Shown piece by piece: positions 39,133 to 46,737 of a DNA stretch of 64,000 bases; position 1 is the stretch's first letter; the number at the start of each line of letters is the position of its first letter. The notes beneath the pieces are model-generated. The model had not been told where the DNA came from and did no database searches. It saw only the letters and a list, made by a program, of their open reading frames with translations. Made by a program: the position numbers and the translations under genes. The stretch comes from an uncultured Elusimicrobia bacterium (GTDB lineage Bacteria; Elusimicrobiota; Elusimicrobia; UBA1565; UBA9628): contig CBDIQC010000001.1 in NCBI GenBank assembly GCA_965283875.1, positions 810,085 through 874,084 on the forward strand. The letters are read 5' to 3'.

Positions 39133-40041
39133 CTAGCAATCTCCTCCGTAGAACGCTTCCATCAAAGGATTGGAGGGCATCCCGATTACGAAAGGCGTTA
39201 CGCCCAGAATATCTGCGCCAGCATCGTGACTATTTATAAAGCCAAGTCCGGCGAACCGATTTCTTCCACTACTAGGACGAAAATGGCACAGCGCGGTGCT
39301 GGTCGTAATCCAGCGGTGATCGATATTCATAACTACTTTGCAGTCGCCCAGCTTGCAACAAATATGCGGATCTTTTTTTAAATTGCCAGAGAAGATGGCT
39401 TCGGAATAGGGATTCGATTCGGGGATGTTTATATTTTTCGTTCGGAACTGTTCGTTGAAACTTACGACCATGCCGCAGGGGTCCTGAGAGCGAACCGCTA
39501 ATTCAAGAGGAACGGCCCTCATTTGAGTTTTTTGCAAGACCCTATTAAAGTCTGCCATCAATCCACTGAGCTCTCGACCCATATTGCGCAATGACATAAG
39601 GGGTCCATATGCTGATGTGTCTAAGATGATTCCTTGTTGCGCTGTAAGCAAAGAGAGTCGGGGAATATTGATGTAGTAGAGCTGGAAGAGTTTGGTGTCC
39701 CACGCAGGCTGGTTTGAGAGGTTTGCTGTAACCCACTTGGCATGTTCCGATTTAGTTTTCTGAAGCTTCTCTACTGGGTAACTCACCGGATCGTCATCAA
39801 TTATCTTGTGATGTTTCAAACAGAGCAGCATGAGGTTTGGTTCCGCGTTTCGCTCTTCTAGAGATAGTGAGGATTGCCCGCGTGGGCCATCTCTTTCTTC
39901 CGCGACGATATGGGCAACCTCTCCGATGAGGTGTGTGAAGGCAGGAATGCATCCCTTTTCGTATAGGACATCGCGGCAAATGGCACAGCGCCCACCCCCT
40001 TGCACCCAAATCACTCTTTTAACCTTCTCTGTCGGTGGCAT
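39133..40041 (-). CDS. HNH endonuclease (CCCH zinc-finger type) + ~200-aa unassigned C-terminal domain (island gene 2)
   Basis: GGGRCAICRD..GEVAHIVAEE..NAEPNLMLLCLKHHKIID = C19xxC22, H44, N69, C74xxH77-H78. Confidence 0.75.
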   Translation of the reverse strand: MPPTEKVKRVIWVQGGGRCAICRDVLYEKGCIPAFTHLIGEVAHIVAEERDGPRGQSSLSLEERNAEPNLMLLCLKHHKIIDDDPVSYPVEKLQKTKSEHAKWVTANLSNQPAWDTKLFQLYYINIPRLSLLTAQQGIILDTSAYGPLMSLRNMGRELSGLMADFNRVLQKTQMRAVPLELAVRSQDPCGMVVSFNEQFRTKNINIPESNPYSEAIFSGNLKKDPHICCKLGDCKVVMNIDHRWITTSTALCHFRPSSGRNRFAGLGFINSHDAGADILGVTPFVIGMPSNPLMEAFYGGDC

Positions 40042-40072
40042 GATTTGTTTTGAGATTTCTAACGCTGCGGCT

Positions 40073-40122
40073 CAGCCGCCGCGCCTATTGGGATTCTACC
40101 CGCACGCGGGCGCGGGCGGCTG
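40073..40122 (-). repeat. GC-rich hairpin repeat, copy 2 (CAGCCGCC - 34 nt with nested CCCGC/GCGGG stem - GGCGGCTG), after the stop of island gene 1
   Basis: Shares GGCTCAGCCGCCGCG (40069-40083) with copy 1. Same position relative to a gene end. Confidence 0.65.
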
Positions 40123-40150
40123 TAGCCAATGGTTAGGTGGAAATTGTCGT

Positions 40151-40879
40151 TCAAGGTATCTTCCCTTCCGTAAACTGCCCCATTAGTTCCGTCCAGTGCT
40201 TTGATTTGAATCTGTCCACTGGAAACTTCGTTAGGCGATTCGGATGATTCCAAACCCACACTTCCTTGAGGCTTCCGATATCGTAAAACGCACCGTCTTC
40301 ACTATCAGCCTGTATGCGCTGGCCAGTGACAATTGCTGCTTTCTGGCCATCCTCGGAAATTCCGATTGGCATGGCAACAAGTGCTGGAATCGACTGGACG
40401 ATTGGGAATTCAAAAACAATCTCGCCCTCTATCGATACGACTGCGCAGAATTGATCAAGCCCCTTCTTAGACTTTGAAGTGCCCTCATAATTAGGGTCGC
40501 GAAGCGACTTGTCCCGGACATGCGTGGAGCATGTGATGAATGGCGCTGAGCGAGGGAATTTAAGCCCCATAGGCAATGTTAAGTGACTATGTAGCAGATG
40601 GATTGTCTTGAATGGCTTCAAGACCTTGAGTGGAACTATCGCGGTTCCACTGCAGACCCGTGCCTTAGCGCCTTTATTCGGAGATGGGCAAAGTTCCATG
40701 TCACCAGGAAGGCGGATAAAATCGAATCGGTGCGGATACTCCGCGACGATGTTTTTCTTGGTGCCGAATAGAACGCTTAGATCGTCCTCGCCACGTTTTC
40801 CGGCTAAAGCCTGTATGGCGACGAGCACTCCGATGGCCATCAGAATAATTCGCATATGCTTTGGCTGCTCGATTTCCAC
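40151..40879 (-). CDS. Hypothetical exported protein (island gene 1)
   Basis: Signal-peptide-like MRIILMAIGVLVAIQALA (start at 40879 GTG or 40855 ATG). Low GC. No recognised family. Confidence 0.6.
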   Translation of the reverse strand: MEIEQPKHMRIILMAIGVLVAIQALAGKRGEDDLSVLFGTKKNIVAEYPHRFDFIRLPGDMELCPSPNKGAKARVCSGTAIVPLKVLKPFKTIHLLHSHLTLPMGLKFPRSAPFITCSTHVRDKSLRDPNYEGTSKSKKGLDQFCAVVSIEGEIVFEFPIVQSIPALVAMPIGISEDGQKAAIVTGQRIQADSEDGAFYDIGSLKEVWVWNHPNRLTKFPVDRFKSKHWTELMGQFTEGKIP

Positions 40880-40887
40880 CTAACTTG

Positions 40888-41020
40888 TAATTAGGCCGGG
40901 CGGTATAATTAGGCTAGTGAAGTTACAACTACCGCGGATTATAGAGTGAAAACCGGTCTTTCGCCATGGGCGTTGGCGAAATATTGGAATTGAAAACACT
41001 GCGGCTATGTCAGCCTAATT
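40888..41020. repeat. AT-rich island junction with TAATTAGGC x2 (direct) and a 9-bp inverted partner AGCCTAATT
   Basis: TAATTAGGC at 40888-40896 and 40906-40914. AGCCTAATT at 41012-41020 is the exact complement of AATTAGGCT at 40907-40915. Inner hairpin TCGCCA-n7-TGGCGA. Confidence 0.6.
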
Positions 41021-41042
41021 CCGCGGCAGGAGCGGAGAGTCG

Positions 41043-41375
41043 CTAGAGGCGGATGGCGACGGCGACCGCGTGTTCGCGGCCGTGGGAGAGCGACAGCTTG
41101 AGGTTTTTGGCGGGTTTGCCCTTGATGGTGACGAGAGGGCGGCCTTTTTTGTCGCGGGACACCGAGATGGCGGTGAGCGGGACTTCCGCGCGGCCAAGCG
41201 CCTTATAGATGGCTTCTTTGGCGGCGAAACGCACGGCGAAGTGCGGCCACGGGTCTTTTTTGGAGCGGCAGTAGGCGATTTCGGCTTTCGAGAAGACGCG
41301 GGGCAGGAACTTCTTGTTGCGGCTCGCCAAAGATTTGATGCGAGGAATCTCGACGAGATCGACGCCGAGTTCCAT
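41043..41375 (-). CDS. acpS: Holo-[acyl-carrier-protein] synthase
   Basis: MELGVDLVEIPRI..FSKAEIAYC......FAAKEAIYKAL...LSLSHGREHAVAVAI. Confidence 0.9.
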   Translation of the reverse strand: MELGVDLVEIPRIKSLASRNKKFLPRVFSKAEIAYCRSKKDPWPHFAVRFAAKEAIYKALGRAEVPLTAISVSRDKKGRPLVTIKGKPAKNLKLSLSHGREHAVAVAIRL

Positions 41376-41878
41376 CAGGGGTGGGCGAGGAAGGACAGGT
41401 GCACGCCGAGCGTGGCCGACTTCTCGATGCGCGCCAAGGTGGGCTTACACACGCCCATACGACCGGTAGGGACGGCTTCGATGTTGCCGCCGTCCATCTT
41501 CACGATCCAGCTCAGGTTGCCGTTGACCACGGGGTCGGCCGCGCCCATTTGTTTGACCAGGCACCACAACACGGGTTTGCCGACGTATTTGACGGGGTCG
41601 GACACGACCGTGTCGTAGTCCAGCGCGAGCGTTTTGGCCTCGGCGAGGACGGCGGGGTCGTAGGAGTAGGACGGGCGCTCGGAAGACAACGCGTAGCCGA
41701 CCTCCCGCCAGTTCACGCTGTAGGCCCAACCCGCGGCGAACAACACGGCCGCGGCGCACAACAGGCCGGCCTTGCCGGCGAGCGCGTTGCGCACGACGAC
41801 GTTGGCCCGTTTGAGCGCGGTTTGCCCGAGGGTTTTCGGACCGGGGAAGGCGTCTTCGGGAGGCAGCTCGCTCGTCAT
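41375..41878 (-). CDS. Hypothetical membrane-anchored protein
   Basis: One TM helix (GLLCAAAVLFAAGWAY). Overlaps glmS (4 nt) and acpS (1 nt). Confidence 0.6.
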   Translation of the reverse strand: MTSELPPEDAFPGPKTLGQTALKRANVVVRNALAGKAGLLCAAAVLFAAGWAYSVNWREVGYALSSERPSYSYDPAVLAEAKTLALDYDTVVSDPVKYVGKPVLWCLVKQMGAADPVVNGNLSWIVKMDGGNIEAVPTGRMGVCKPTLARIEKSATLGVHLSFLAHP

Positions 41879-43743
41879 TCGACGGTGACGGACTTGGCCA
41901 GGTTGCGGGGCTGATCGACGTCGCAGCCGCGCAGGTCGGCGATGTGGTAGGCCAGCAGCTGGAGAGGGATGATGTTGACGATGGGCGTCATCAGCTCGGG
42001 CATGGGCGGCAGGCGCAGCACCGCTTCGCAGTCGCGGAACTCGCCCACGCCTTCGGTGGCGATGGCGATGATGCGCGCGCCGCGGGCTTTGACCTCTTCC
42101 ATGGAGGAGAGGGTCTTTTCGAGGACCTTGGACTGCGTCGCGATGACCACGACGGGCATCTCGCTGTCGATGAGCGCGATGGGGCCGTGTTTGAGCTCGC
42201 CGGCGGCGTAACCTTCGGCGTGGATGTAGGAGATTTCTTTGAGCTTGAGCGCGGCTTCGAGCGCGATGGGGAAGTTCGCGTGGCGGCCGATGAAGAGGAA
42301 GTGTTCGGCCTTCGAGAACTTCCGCGCGACCGCCAGGATGTCCTTGTCGAGCTTGAGCGCCGTGCGGATCCAGCCCGGGACCTTCACCAGGTCATCGACG
42401 AAGGCGCGGCCCTGGGTCTCGTTCATCGAGCCGCGGCCCATGGCCGCGTGCAAAACGATGACCGCGAGCGCGGTGAGCTGGCCGATGAAGGCCTTGGTCG
42501 ATGCCACGCCCAATTCCATGCCGCAATGAGTGTAGAGCGTCCAATCCGAGGCGCGGGTGAGCGCGGAGCCGACCGTGTTGCAGATGGAAAGGACCTTCGC
42601 GCCTTTTTCCTTGGCGAGTTTGACCGCGGCCAAGGTGTCGGCGGTTTCGCCGGACTGGGACACCGCGATGAACAGGTCGCCGGGGCCGACGGTGGTGGCG
42701 CGGTAGCGGAACTCGGAAGCGGTTTCCACGTGGACGGGGATGCCCACGAGCTCCTCGAGCCAGTATTTAGCGACGAGGCAGGCGTGGTAGGCCGTGCCGC
42801 ACGCGGTCATGTGGATGGCGCGCGTGGTTTTGAGGATGTCGGTGTTCATCCCGCATTCGCGCTCGAGCACGCCTTTGAGAGGGAAGAAGCGGCCGCGCAT
42901 GGTGTCTTCGGAGGACGCGGGCTGCTCGTGAATCTCCTTGAGCATGAAGTGCCGGTAGCCGGCCTTCTCGGCCATCGTGCGGTCCCAGGAGATGTTGGTG
43001 GGCGTCTTTTCCAGGCGTTTGCCGGCGAGGTTGAAGAAGGTGACCCCGTCTTTCTTGAGGACGGCCATCTCGCCGTCTTCCATGAAGACGGCTTTACGCG
43101 TGTGCGCGAGGAAGGCCGGCACGTCGGAGGCGAGGAAGGTTTCCCCCTCCCCGAGCCCGATGATGAGCGGCGAGGCGGTTTTGGCGGCCACGATGACGCC
43201 GGGGGCCTTGGACCAGAGCACGGCCAGCGCGTAGGCGCCGCGCACGTCCGCCAGGGCGCGTCGGACGGCTTCAAAGAGGAGCGGCTCGTTGAGATCGGGC
43301 TTCGGCGAGGTGCCGGGCGGGGCGATCAGCGCGATCTTCTCGGCCACGAGGTGGGCCAGAATCTCGGTATCGGTTTCGGACTCGAACTTCACGCCTTTGG
43401 CGGTGAGCCGGTCCTTGATCTCGAGCCAGTTCTCGATGATGCCGTTGTGGATGACGGCGACCGTGCCGGTGCCGTCGGTGTGGGGATGGGCGTTTTCTTC
43501 GGACGGTTTGCCGTGGGTGGCCCAACGCGTGTGGCCGAGGGCGACGGTGCCGGCCAAGGGGGCGTCTTTAAGGACCTTTTCGAGGTTGGTGAGTTTGCCC
43601 GGGGCGCGACGCCGTTCGATGCCGCCGTCTAAGATGGCCGCCAGGCCCGCGGAGTCATAACCGCGGTATTCGAGCTTCTTGAGCCCGTCCATGAGCAGCG
43701 GGACGGCCTGTTTGGGACCGACATAACCCACGATTCCGCACAT
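41875..43743 (-). CDS. glmS: Glutamine--fructose-6-phosphate aminotransferase
   Basis: MCGIVGYVG..LEYRGYDSAG N-terminus, two SIS domains, C-terminal DQPRNLAKSVTVE. Confidence 0.96.
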   Translation of the reverse strand: MCGIVGYVGPKQAVPLLMDGLKKLEYRGYDSAGLAAILDGGIERRRAPGKLTNLEKVLKDAPLAGTVALGHTRWATHGKPSEENAHPHTDGTGTVAVIHNGIIENWLEIKDRLTAKGVKFESETDTEILAHLVAEKIALIAPPGTSPKPDLNEPLLFEAVRRALADVRGAYALAVLWSKAPGVIVAAKTASPLIIGLGEGETFLASDVPAFLAHTRKAVFMEDGEMAVLKKDGVTFFNLAGKRLEKTPTNISWDRTMAEKAGYRHFMLKEIHEQPASSEDTMRGRFFPLKGVLERECGMNTDILKTTRAIHMTACGTAYHACLVAKYWLEELVGIPVHVETASEFRYRATTVGPGDLFIAVSQSGETADTLAAVKLAKEKGAKVLSICNTVGSALTRASDWTLYTHCGMELGVASTKAFIGQLTALAVIVLHAAMGRGSMNETQGRAFVDDLVKVPGWIRTALKLDKDILAVARKFSKAEHFLFIGRHANFPIALEAALKLKEISYIHAEGYAAGELKHGPIALIDSEMPVVVIATQSKVLEKTLSSMEEVKARGARIIAIATEGVGEFRDCEAVLRLPPMPELMTPIVNIIPLQLLAYHIADLRGCDVDQPRNLAKSVTVE

Positions 43744-43760
43744 GGGCCGATTATACCGCT

Positions 43761-44438
43761 TTAGCGACGGCGGCGAGAGGGGCGCTTCTCCTGGAAATGC
43801 AGCTCCCCGCCCGGGGGCAGCAGGAGCAAGGCGCCCTCGTAGGACTCGAGCAGGACGGCGGCCTGGGGGTCGTCGGCCGACAGCTCCTCCTCCCGGGCCG
43901 GCTGTTTGCCCCGTTTGCGCCATAACCGGTAGCCGACCACCTCCCGGTCCCCCCCGGCGCGGGCCTTGGTGAGCGCGAAAAGGGCTTCGGTGCCGTCCGC
44001 GTTGGCCCCGACGGGCCGGCGCAAGACCCCTTCTTCCTCCTGCGAGCGCAAAACCGCCAGCTCCTCGCCATCGAGGCCCAACACCCCGCAAAAGGCCTCC
44101 GGGGACGTCGAACACACGGAGATGGCCTGCGCGGCCGCGACGCGTTGCGGCGGTGGCTGCAGGCCGCCCGGGAAGGCCTTCACCATGGGTTTGAGCTCGA
44201 CCACGCGGCCGCGGCTATCGAGGAACGCGGGGGTCCCGCGCACGGAGGCGCCGGGCACCAACGGCCGGGCGGCATGGTCGGGTCGCGTCACGCCGGGGGT
44301 GAGGCGGCCGTAGCGGTAGAACTCGACGCGGTTGGCGTAAACGGCGGCTAATCTTCCGTCCGACCAGTACAGCTGGGCGTCATCGGCGGGGTCTTGGGCG
44401 GCTACGGCCGCGACTAACAACAAGATGAGAACGCTCAC
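43761..44438 (-). CDS. Hypothetical exported protein
   Basis: Signal-like MSVLILLLVAAVAAQD. 225 aa. Confidence 0.55.
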   Translation of the reverse strand: MSVLILLLVAAVAAQDPADDAQLYWSDGRLAAVYANRVEFYRYGRLTPGVTRPDHAARPLVPGASVRGTPAFLDSRGRVVELKPMVKAFPGGLQPPPQRVAAAQAISVCSTSPEAFCGVLGLDGEELAVLRSQEEEGVLRRPVGANADGTEALFALTKARAGGDREVVGYRLWRKRGKQPAREEELSADDPQAAVLLESYEGALLLLPPGGELHFQEKRPSRRRR

Positions 44439-44477
44439 GCCGCCAGTATAACCCCCGAATGCGGCTTAAGCCACGGA

Positions 44478-44538
44478 CGGTTACGGGGATAACCGGGTTC
44501 TGCGCCGGCGCAGACGGCGGTTACGGGAAGAGCCGGGT
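44478..44538. repeat. Two 21-nt direct repeats (CGGTTACGGGnnnnnCCGGGT, 18/21 identical) flanking the 14-bp perfect palindrome CTGCGCCGGCGCAG
   Basis: Copies at 44478-44498 and 44518-44538, palindrome at 44500-44513. Lies in the 207-bp gap upstream of the 43761..44438 gene. Confidence 0.6.
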
Positions 44539-44554
44539 AACGGATAAAAAAGAG

Positions 44555-44579
44555 AGGGCCCGTCGTTTTGACGGGCCCT
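44555..44579 (-). terminator. Intrinsic terminator downstream of pdxJ (bidirectional-looking)
   Basis: AGGGCCCGTC-gtttt-GACGGGCCCT, a perfect 10-bp stem. It is followed by T runs on both strands (ctcttttttatcc on minus, gtcttttgc on plus). Confidence 0.7.
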
Positions 44580-44645
44580 GTCTTTTGCACGGCGATTCAG
44601 TGTGCGTCGCGGCTACGCCGCGCCGCGATCAGCCGCGATTAGCGA

Positions 44646-45371
44646 CTAATCGATCAATCTCCGCATCTCGGTCACGGCGGTTTTGAAGCCGACGAAGATG
44701 GAGCGGGCGACGATGGAGAAGCCGATGTTCAGGGCGGCCAGGTGCGGGATGCGGGCGACCGCGCGGACGTTGTGGTAGTCCAGGCCGTGGCCGGCGTGGA
44801 CGACCAAGCCCATCTCCCAGGCCATATAAACGGCCAGCTCGAGGCGCTCGAGCTCGGCTTTGACCTGGGTCTTGTTCTTGGCGGCCACATAGTCCGACGT
44901 GTCGAACTCGACGACGTCGGCGCCCATGTTGCGGGCGGCGCGCACGGAGAAAGGCTCGGGGGCGATGAAGAGGCTGACCTCGATGCCCGCCTTCTTGAGC
45001 TTGGCGACGGCGCGGGCCAGGCTCTTGTAGTTCTTCTTGGTGTCGAGCCCGCCTTCGGTCGAAACCTCGCCGGGGCGCTCGGGGACGAGGCACACGGACG
45101 CGGGTTTAGCCTTGATGACGAGGGCCAGCATCTTCGCGTCGTCGGCGACCTCGACGTGGGTGTCGCCCTTCATGCGGCAGATCTTCACCAAATCGGCGTC
45201 GGAGATGTGGCGGCGGTCGCGGCGCAGGTGGCAGACGATCATGTCCGCGCCGGCCTGGCGCGCGACGAGGGCGGCGGCCACGGGATCGGGGTCGATGTCG
45301 CGGCGCGCTTGGCGCAACGTCGCCACGTGGTCGATGTTCACGCCGAGCTTCACCGTCTGGTCCTTCGTCAT
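44646..45371 (-). CDS. pdxJ: Pyridoxine 5'-phosphate synthase
   Basis: KLGVNIDHVATLRQAR..CHLRRDRRHI..FSIVARSIFVG. Confidence 0.93.
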   Translation of the reverse strand: MTKDQTVKLGVNIDHVATLRQARRDIDPDPVAAALVARQAGADMIVCHLRRDRRHISDADLVKICRMKGDTHVEVADDAKMLALVIKAKPASVCLVPERPGEVSTEGGLDTKKNYKSLARAVAKLKKAGIEVSLFIAPEPFSVRAARNMGADVVEFDTSDYVAAKNKTQVKAELERLELAVYMAWEMGLVVHAGHGLDYHNVRAVARIPHLAALNIGFSIVARSIFVGFKTAVTEMRRLID

Positions 45372-45372
45372 C

Positions 45373-46737
45373 TTAAGCCTCCTTCTGGCCCGTCTCGAAA
45401 AGATAGGTTTTGACGATGAAATCCGCAAGCCGTCTGTTTTCGCCCTGCTTGGGTCCCTCGACGAGAACGCGTATCGCCGGCTCGGTCCCCGAATAGCGCA
45501 CGAACACGCGGCCGCGGCCCTTGAGCTGGCGGGCGACCTTACCGATGGTCTCCTGGGTCTCCTCCAGTTTCTCCAGCGGCGGCTTGCGCGCGATGTGCAC
45601 GTTGCGCAGCACCTGCGGGGTCGGGGCGTAGAGGCCCTTAAGCGCGGACATCGGCGCGCCCGACTCGCGCCAGGCGGCGAGGGTCTGCAAAGCGGTCAAG
45701 ATGCCGTCGCCCGTCGGCGCGAAGTCGCGGAACACGACGTGGCCGCTGTTTTCCCCGCCGAGGCTGAGGCCTTCGCGCTCGATGGCGTCGGTGACGTGTT
45801 TGTCGCCCACCGGCGTCGTGACCACGGCGATGCCGCGGTTGGACAGGAACCGGATGAGGCCGAAGTTCGACATCACGGTCAGCGCGACCTTGGCGCCTTT
45901 AAGCGAGCCGCGCCCCTGCAGGCGCACGGCCGCCGCGCCGATGACGGCGTCGCCGTCTAAGACCGCGCCGGTCTCGTCGCACACCAAGGCGCGGTCGGCG
46001 TCGCCGTCGAAGGCCACGCCCGCATGCGCCTTGCGGCGGCGGACTTCCTTGGACATCGCCTCGGGATGAGTCGCGCCGCAGGCGTCGTTGATGTTTTTGC
46101 CGTTGGGTTTGCAGCCCACGGGGAACACCTCGGCGCCCAGGCGCGTGAGCAAGGCGGGCGCGTAGGCGGCCGCCGCGCCGTGGGCGCAGTCCACGACGAG
46201 CTTCACGCCGGTCAGGTCGAGGGTGGCCGGGAAGGCGCTGAGCAGGAAATCCCGGTACAGCTCCTCATTTCCCATACCGTCGCGCGTCACGGCCTTGGCG
46301 GCGGGGACCTGGCGCTGCAGGCGCAGGCGGCGCTCGATCTCCGCTTCGGCTTCCGGGGAGAGCTTGAAGCCGGCGGCGGTGAAGAACTTGATGCCGTTGA
46401 ACTCGGCGGGGTTGTGCGATGCGGAGATGACCGCGCCCGCGAGCGCGTCCAGGCGCGGGGCCAGGTACGACACGCCCGGCGTGGGGATGACGCCCAGGTC
46501 CAACGTCGTCACGCCGGCGGCGGCGAAACCTTCGGCGAGCGCGGCTTGGAGCGCCGGACCCGAGCGGCGCGTGTCGCGGCCGACGATGATGAAGGGGTTC
46601 TCGGGGGCGCGGTCGCCCGCCTGCTGGAGGAACAGTTTGGCGGCGTGGTAACCCAGCGCCGCGACGGTGGCGGGCGTCAGGGGCTCCTTGCCGGGGATGC
46701 CGCGCACGCCGTCGGTGCCGAACAAACGCTCGCTCAA
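45373..46737 (-). CDS. glmM: Phosphoglucosamine mutase
   Basis: LFGTDGVRG, ISASHNPAEFNGIKF, GDADR. TTG start overlapping the folP stop (TTGA). Confidence 0.93.
   Translation of the reverse strand: MSERLFGTDGVRGIPGKEPLTPATVAALGYHAAKLFLQQAGDRAPENPFIIVGRDTRRSGPALQAALAEGFAAAGVTTLDLGVIPTPGVSYLAPRLDALAGAVISASHNPAEFNGIKFFTAAGFKLSPEAEAEIERRLRLQRQVPAAKAVTRDGMGNEELYRDFLLSAFPATLDLTGVKLVVDCAHGAAAAYAPALLTRLGAEVFPVGCKPNGKNINDACGATHPEAMSKEVRRRKAHAGVAFDGDADRALVCDETGAVLDGDAVIGAAAVRLQGRGSLKGAKVALTVMSNFGLIRFLSNRGIAVVTTPVGDKHVTDAIEREGLSLGGENSGHVVFRDFAPTGDGILTALQTLAAWRESGAPMSALKGLYAPTPQVLRNVHIARKPPLEKLEETQETIGKVARQLKGRGRVFVRYSGTEPAIRVLVEGPKQGENRRLADFIVKTYLFETGQKEA

Noticed and set aside
38902-39381. Plus-strand ORFs inside the island (159 aa here; also 36405..36773, 36503..36883, 39830..40186) as possible antisense-encoded immunity or antitoxin genes.
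   Set aside because: They fully overlap better-supported minus-strand genes, show no motifs, start sites or RBS, and have odd compositions. I treat them as chance ORFs.
37648-40122. Reading the island as integron gene cassettes with the two hairpins as attC sites.
   Set aside because: The genes are co-oriented and are followed by imperfect inverted repeats. However, the hairpin arms lack the RYYYAAC / GTTRRRY core sites, only two of five junctions carry the repeat, and no intI or attI is visible in the window.
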